The notes beneath the pieces were generated by a model. The model was not told the DNA's origin. It worked only from the letters and a program-made list of their open reading frames with translations, and made no database searches. From Felis catus (lineage: Eukaryota), in NCBI RefSeq assembly GCF_018350175.1, contig NC_058368.1, positions 234,486,001 to 234,550,000 on the forward strand: 64,000 nt of DNA, given 5' to 3'. The translations under genes were made by a program, and so were the position numbers. Numbering within the stretch: position 1 is the stretch's first letter; each line of letters starts with the position of its first letter. Below, one piece after another: positions 63,359 to 64,000 of this stretch.

Positions 63359-64000
63359 CAGAGAAGAATGAAGCCCCACCTGCCCCCCTCCCTCCTTCTC
63401 GCCTCCCCATTACCTTATCAACCTGGCAAAGATCTCAGGTTCACGAGATCGGAAATGTGGCTCAAAGGACCCACTCTCAGTGGCTGCTTTAAAAACCAGA
63501 CAAAACACGGAAGCCATCTCGGAGGGTTTGTTAGCTGTCCCCAACGTACTGCTACCGAGGCCGCCTTACTTCTAAGCGTGGACTCTCACACGCCTGTCCC
63601 TAGGGATGAAAAAGGGCAGAGCTCTGGGTTGTGGGCCTCGGGCTTCAAAACAAACTTCGAATTGTTGTTACTTGTTGGCATTTTCCATCAAGGAATGAAA
63701 CCCCCCGAAATTACCCTGTCCCTTAACGAGAAACACAGACCTGTCACATCCCTTCCCACAAGTCAGAAGCGTGCACAGAAACGCATTTATATTCTCTTCC
63801 TGCAAATTCAGATTCTCAAAAGTCCACAACTCAGGGTAAAGTGAGTCACTACTATTCTTAACTGCACCATCAGCCACGGCGCTGCGCCCTCGCCAGGGAT
63901 CCAGCTATGGGAGCCCGCCAACTTGGCATAGGGCTATTTTTAGGATACAGAGTCCTGTCTGTGTCCTCCTGCCCGTCCTACTTGATATCGGAACAAGCTA

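Larger units (their letters stand above)
32729..64000 (-). other. UBE2QL1: UBE2QL1 intron (exon 1 lies beyond the right edge of the window)
   Basis: No sequence encoding the N-terminal UBC core was found upstream. As I recall, the human gene has two coding exons separated by an intron of tens of kb. The region is rich in repeats. Confidence 0.8.

Noticed and set aside
32729..64000. UBE2QL1 exon 1 and CpG-island promoter
   Set aside because: No translation resembling the UBC core and no dense CpG island was found; it presumably lies beyond the window.

Overview
Mammalian genomic DNA, GC-rich, from a carnivore and very probably a felid, given about 23 CAN-SINE/SINEC_Fc-type tRNA-derived SINEs. 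I can support only one protein-coding segment: the last coding exon of UBE2QL1 (ubiquitin-conjugating enzyme E2Q-like 1) on the minus strand at 32728-32597. It encodes GRICRKAGKSKKSFSRKEAEATFKSLVKTHEKYGWVTPPVSDG* and is absent from the supplied ORF track. A long 3'UTR probably runs down to about 26.96 kb. Everything from 32729 to the window end appears to be the large UBE2QL1 intron, and exon 1 is not in the window. Positions 1 to about 26.9 kb look intergenic. The rest is transposon relics (SINEs, L1, L2, MIR, MLT1/MLT2 LTRs, hAT DNA elements), microsatellites and two minisatellites. The other ORFs in the track look like GC-rich or repeat-derived noise. I see no CRISPR array, RNA gene or prokaryote-like system, and nothing I can call a novel biological system. 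The best leads are speculative splicing and 3'UTR features of UBE2QL1 and two structured minisatellites. Repeat subfamily names come from my recall of consensus sequences, and their boundaries are approximate.
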